This document shows positions 60,750 through 64,000 of a stretch of DNA of 64,000 nt, in pieces. The stretch spans positions 4,526,001 through 4,590,000 of the forward strand of contig NC_083278.1 in the NCBI RefSeq assembly GCF_963506605.1. The letters are read 5' to 3'. Made by a program: the position numbers and the translations under genes. Positions within the stretch are counted from its first letter, which is position 1; each line of letters begins with the position of its first letter. This stretch comes from Zootoca vivipara. Taxonomy: Eukaryota. The notes under the pieces are model-generated. The model did no database searches and was not told the origin of the DNA. It was given only the letters and a program-made list of their open reading frames with translations.

Positions 60750-61592
60750 TAAGTAATGATTCCTTTTTCTCAGTACTTCCTCAGACATAATTTGAATGGT
60801 TATCAGCTGAGGGTTGCAGCTAGCTTGCAGTTTTGAACATTGTAACTGGGTATTTACTTTTGATATGCTTCAAACTCTACTGAAGCTTATGTCAACATTC
60901 TGGTTAGGAGCAGGTTCTACAAAGTGTCTTGCAGGTCTGACACAGTCATTCTAGAAGACTGTGCACAAGTTGTGATCCTCCAGGCCAGACGCAGCCCACA
61001 ATCCTTATATTTTGACCTGCCCAGTACTTAAGAACCCTCCTGTGTGTGTATTCTTCCCCTTCCTCACTGCCCAGAGGGCACATGAGGACTGTTTTCAGAT
61101 TCTAACCTGGGGAAGGGTTCCTCATATTAGCCCAGTCTTTGGGGCAGAAAAATCAAGCCCCCCCTTTAAAGTCTCTTGAGCTTTGGCCTTTTCCTTCACA
61201 CTTTTCCTTCTTGTTTTTGAAGAGCACCACTCTTCTATCCTTATTCAGGGGTTGTTCTGTTGTATTATTGTGACTAAATACTTAGCTTTGGAAGTCTGAT
61301 GTGAATGTCTTGTGCCAGTTTATTCTGTTCTAGGGTATTCAGGTGATGTAGCTATCAAAGAAAAAGTGTCACAAGTTTTGTATGTGTTGATGTTATGCAA
61401 AAAATCTTGATAGAAGGGCTCATAATTTTCAGAAACAATAGTTCAATGTTGGATTGCATTTTCTACCTTTATTTCAAGGAAGTTGTAGCAGGCATAAGAG
61501 GTAGAAATACATAATGGCATCTGATTACAGTATATAGAATTATTATTTCAATAGAAATTTGGCATGTACTTTTCTGCTGGTATTTTTTGTGA

Positions 61593-61775
<183 letters not shown>

Positions 61776-61789
61776 TGAAGATATAACTT

Positions 61790-61940
61790 CATAGAATCAT
61801 AGGATTGTAGAGTTGGAAGGGACCCCAAGGCTTAGCCAGCCTAACCTCCTGCACTGGAGGAACCATAGCTAAAAATCCCTGACAGATGGCCATCCAGCTT
61901 CTTCTTAAAAACCTCCAGTGAAGGAGGGTCCATCACCCAG
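61790..61940 (-). mobile_element. CR1 LINE 3' end
   Basis: catagaatcataggattgtagagttggaaggg; PSLEVFKKKLDGHLSG peptide. Confidence 0.7.
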
Positions 61941-63463
61941 CATATGGGCAGGTGAGGAAGCTGGTGGTCTGGTTTCTGGGAGCAGTTGCTAGACCTCCAC
62001 CTGCCCATTCCTCTGAGCAAGACGGAAGCTGGATTAGGAGCCTGACACTGAAGTCTCACAAGACAGAACTTCAGTTGCTGGTGCAGTGAACCAGCCTGCT
62101 CTGGATGAGGTTACTCTCTCCGCATAGGGTCGTTTTGCAGTCTGGGGTTGCTGACAGATACAGCTTTCTCAAAAGAGCCCCGGGTGGCACCTGTGACACA
62201 AAGTACTTCCCCTCCAGGCAGAGGTCACCCTGCCACAGTCACCCATGTTCTAAATTGGACTACTGGCATGTGTTGCACATGGGATTGTCTTTGAAGAGTT
62301 CTTCTTTGTAAAACTGCTGTTAGTCCAGAACAGAGCTGTTAGGCTCTACAAATGGGTACGTATCACAACCATTCTTAAACAACTGCACTGGCTGTCAGTT
62401 TGTTTCTGAACAGAAATTCAAACCTTACCCTAGAGACCTTAAAGCAAGCCGCCTGGCGGTGCATTGAGACCATCTAGTAGACATTTCGCCTGCCTTTTGA
62501 GATTAGGTGGTATCAACCTAATGCCACCTGATGTGAAATTTGTTGTTCATTTCCAGAGGAAGACCTTTTGATTTTCCAAGACTTTTTAATACAGTCCTGG
62601 TTGTTTTTAATCTTGGTTCTTTGTGCTTCTGTTGTGCTGCCTTAAGTTGTTTTCTTTTCATTTTTTTGTATCCTGTGATTGCTCGCCACTCTAGCTTTTC
62701 CATTCTGGAATACATAAAGCATTGCTGAGAGTAGCAGGCCTCGTTTTGCTCATGGCAATAGTCTTAGGGATGGCTAGTTAAGGCTCTTTATTGAGGCCAC
62801 TGCTGTAAGGTCAAGCAAGCGACTAGGTGAAACCAGCTTTTACAGACCATGCTGTACCTCAGACATCAAAGTGGAAAATGCAGTCTGGCAGAGATTCGGA
62901 TAGGGAACATTTTACCTGATCATACAGACTGGTATTTGGAAGTATGCAGGGGGTATACAAATTACTCTGACCTTGGTTAGTTCTTGGGTTGGGGTGGGGA
63001 GAAGCTTTAGAGATACATCCCTTGCAAGGTGGGAGATGGAGAAGGGAGGCACTGAGTCTGAAAGAAGTTTCTACTAGTTGAAGCCCATGGGTTTCCGATA
63101 CTTAAAATTGTCCTCCCACAGTTTGGCTTTTGAAGGGGGACATGAATAATTAATTTGAAGGGGGTGGATAGGCCCTTTGACAAAATATACACAGATCTTT
63201 GTAATGTGAGAAGACAGTTTTAACTTTCTTGAAAAGCCTTCATGTTACTTCAAATTTTCATTTAGAATGGGAATGTCAATATCTTCTTTCTGTCTGAAAA
63301 AATTAATTATGCAAAGGTGCACTTCTAGTTTAATTTTGAACAAACATCAGAATAATTTCCTGAAATTGTAACGGTATAACAGTATAATTCAGTTATGTGA
63401 AATTTATCTATCAAAAGAGCTGCATTTTATCATTTCAATGAATCGAGTTTTCTGCTGTTCTAG

Positions 63464-63550
63464 ATGCAGTACCTCTCTTCTTAAGACTGCTGCATTCACC
63501 ACATCAAAATGTTTGTGAACAAGCTGTTTGGGCCCTTGGAAATATTATTG
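63464..63550 (+). CDS. KPNA3: KPNA3 exon 8
   Basis: [29 protein letters not shown]. Confidence 0.95.
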
Positions 63551-63859
63551 GTAAGTGTCAACTATATTTTTTGAAAATAAATCACAGGCATTGAAGGCTT
63601 TTAAATCATACATTGACATTACCCCGTAAAACTATGTTTCCTCTAAATTGTCTTAATAGTCCAGTTGATTTAAATAAGAAAACACCCTCAGTTTCAAAAA
63701 CTTAGACAAAGTTATTCTACAACAAATTGTGTTCTTCAAATTTCCATTGAATCGTAACTTTTGTAGTGTTCGTAGGTTACCAGTGGGGGAAACATAGCGC
63801 ATCAGGACCCCAACATAAGTCACTGCATACATTTCAAGGTTTCTCCATCATGAATGTAA

Positions 63860-64000
<141 letters not shown>

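Overview
Vertebrate genomic DNA, almost certainly from a squamate and probably a lacertid lizard (inferred from Sauria SINEs, BovB, Penelope and hAT/Tigger MITEs). It is orthologous to the human 13q14 block KCNRG-TRIM13-SPRYD7-KPNA3. Complete models can be read for KCNRG (2 coding exons, minus), TRIM13 (1 coding exon, minus) and SPRYD7 (5 exons, plus), plus the first 9 coding exons of KPNA3 (plus, running off the window). The main surprise is left of KCNRG, where human has only non-coding DLEU2 sequence. Here a CpG-island/CCAAT promoter at ~12.3-13.1 kb appears to drive an unrecognised minus-strand multi-exon gene. Its exons are all phase 0 and it encodes a signal-peptide-like N-terminus, a duplicated (D/E)WLI(K/R)xxCP(K/R)A motif and a furin-type RYRR site. 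The ORF track misses most of it because the exons are short. Transposable elements include Penelope-like ends carrying minimal hammerhead ribozymes, a composite Helitron in SPRYD7 intron 4, a Copia LTR element upstream of KPNA3, a decayed transposase-like ORF split by an L2, BovB/L2/CR1 LINE fragments and many MITEs with readable TSDs. All coordinates were read by hand, and TE edges without TSDs are approximate.
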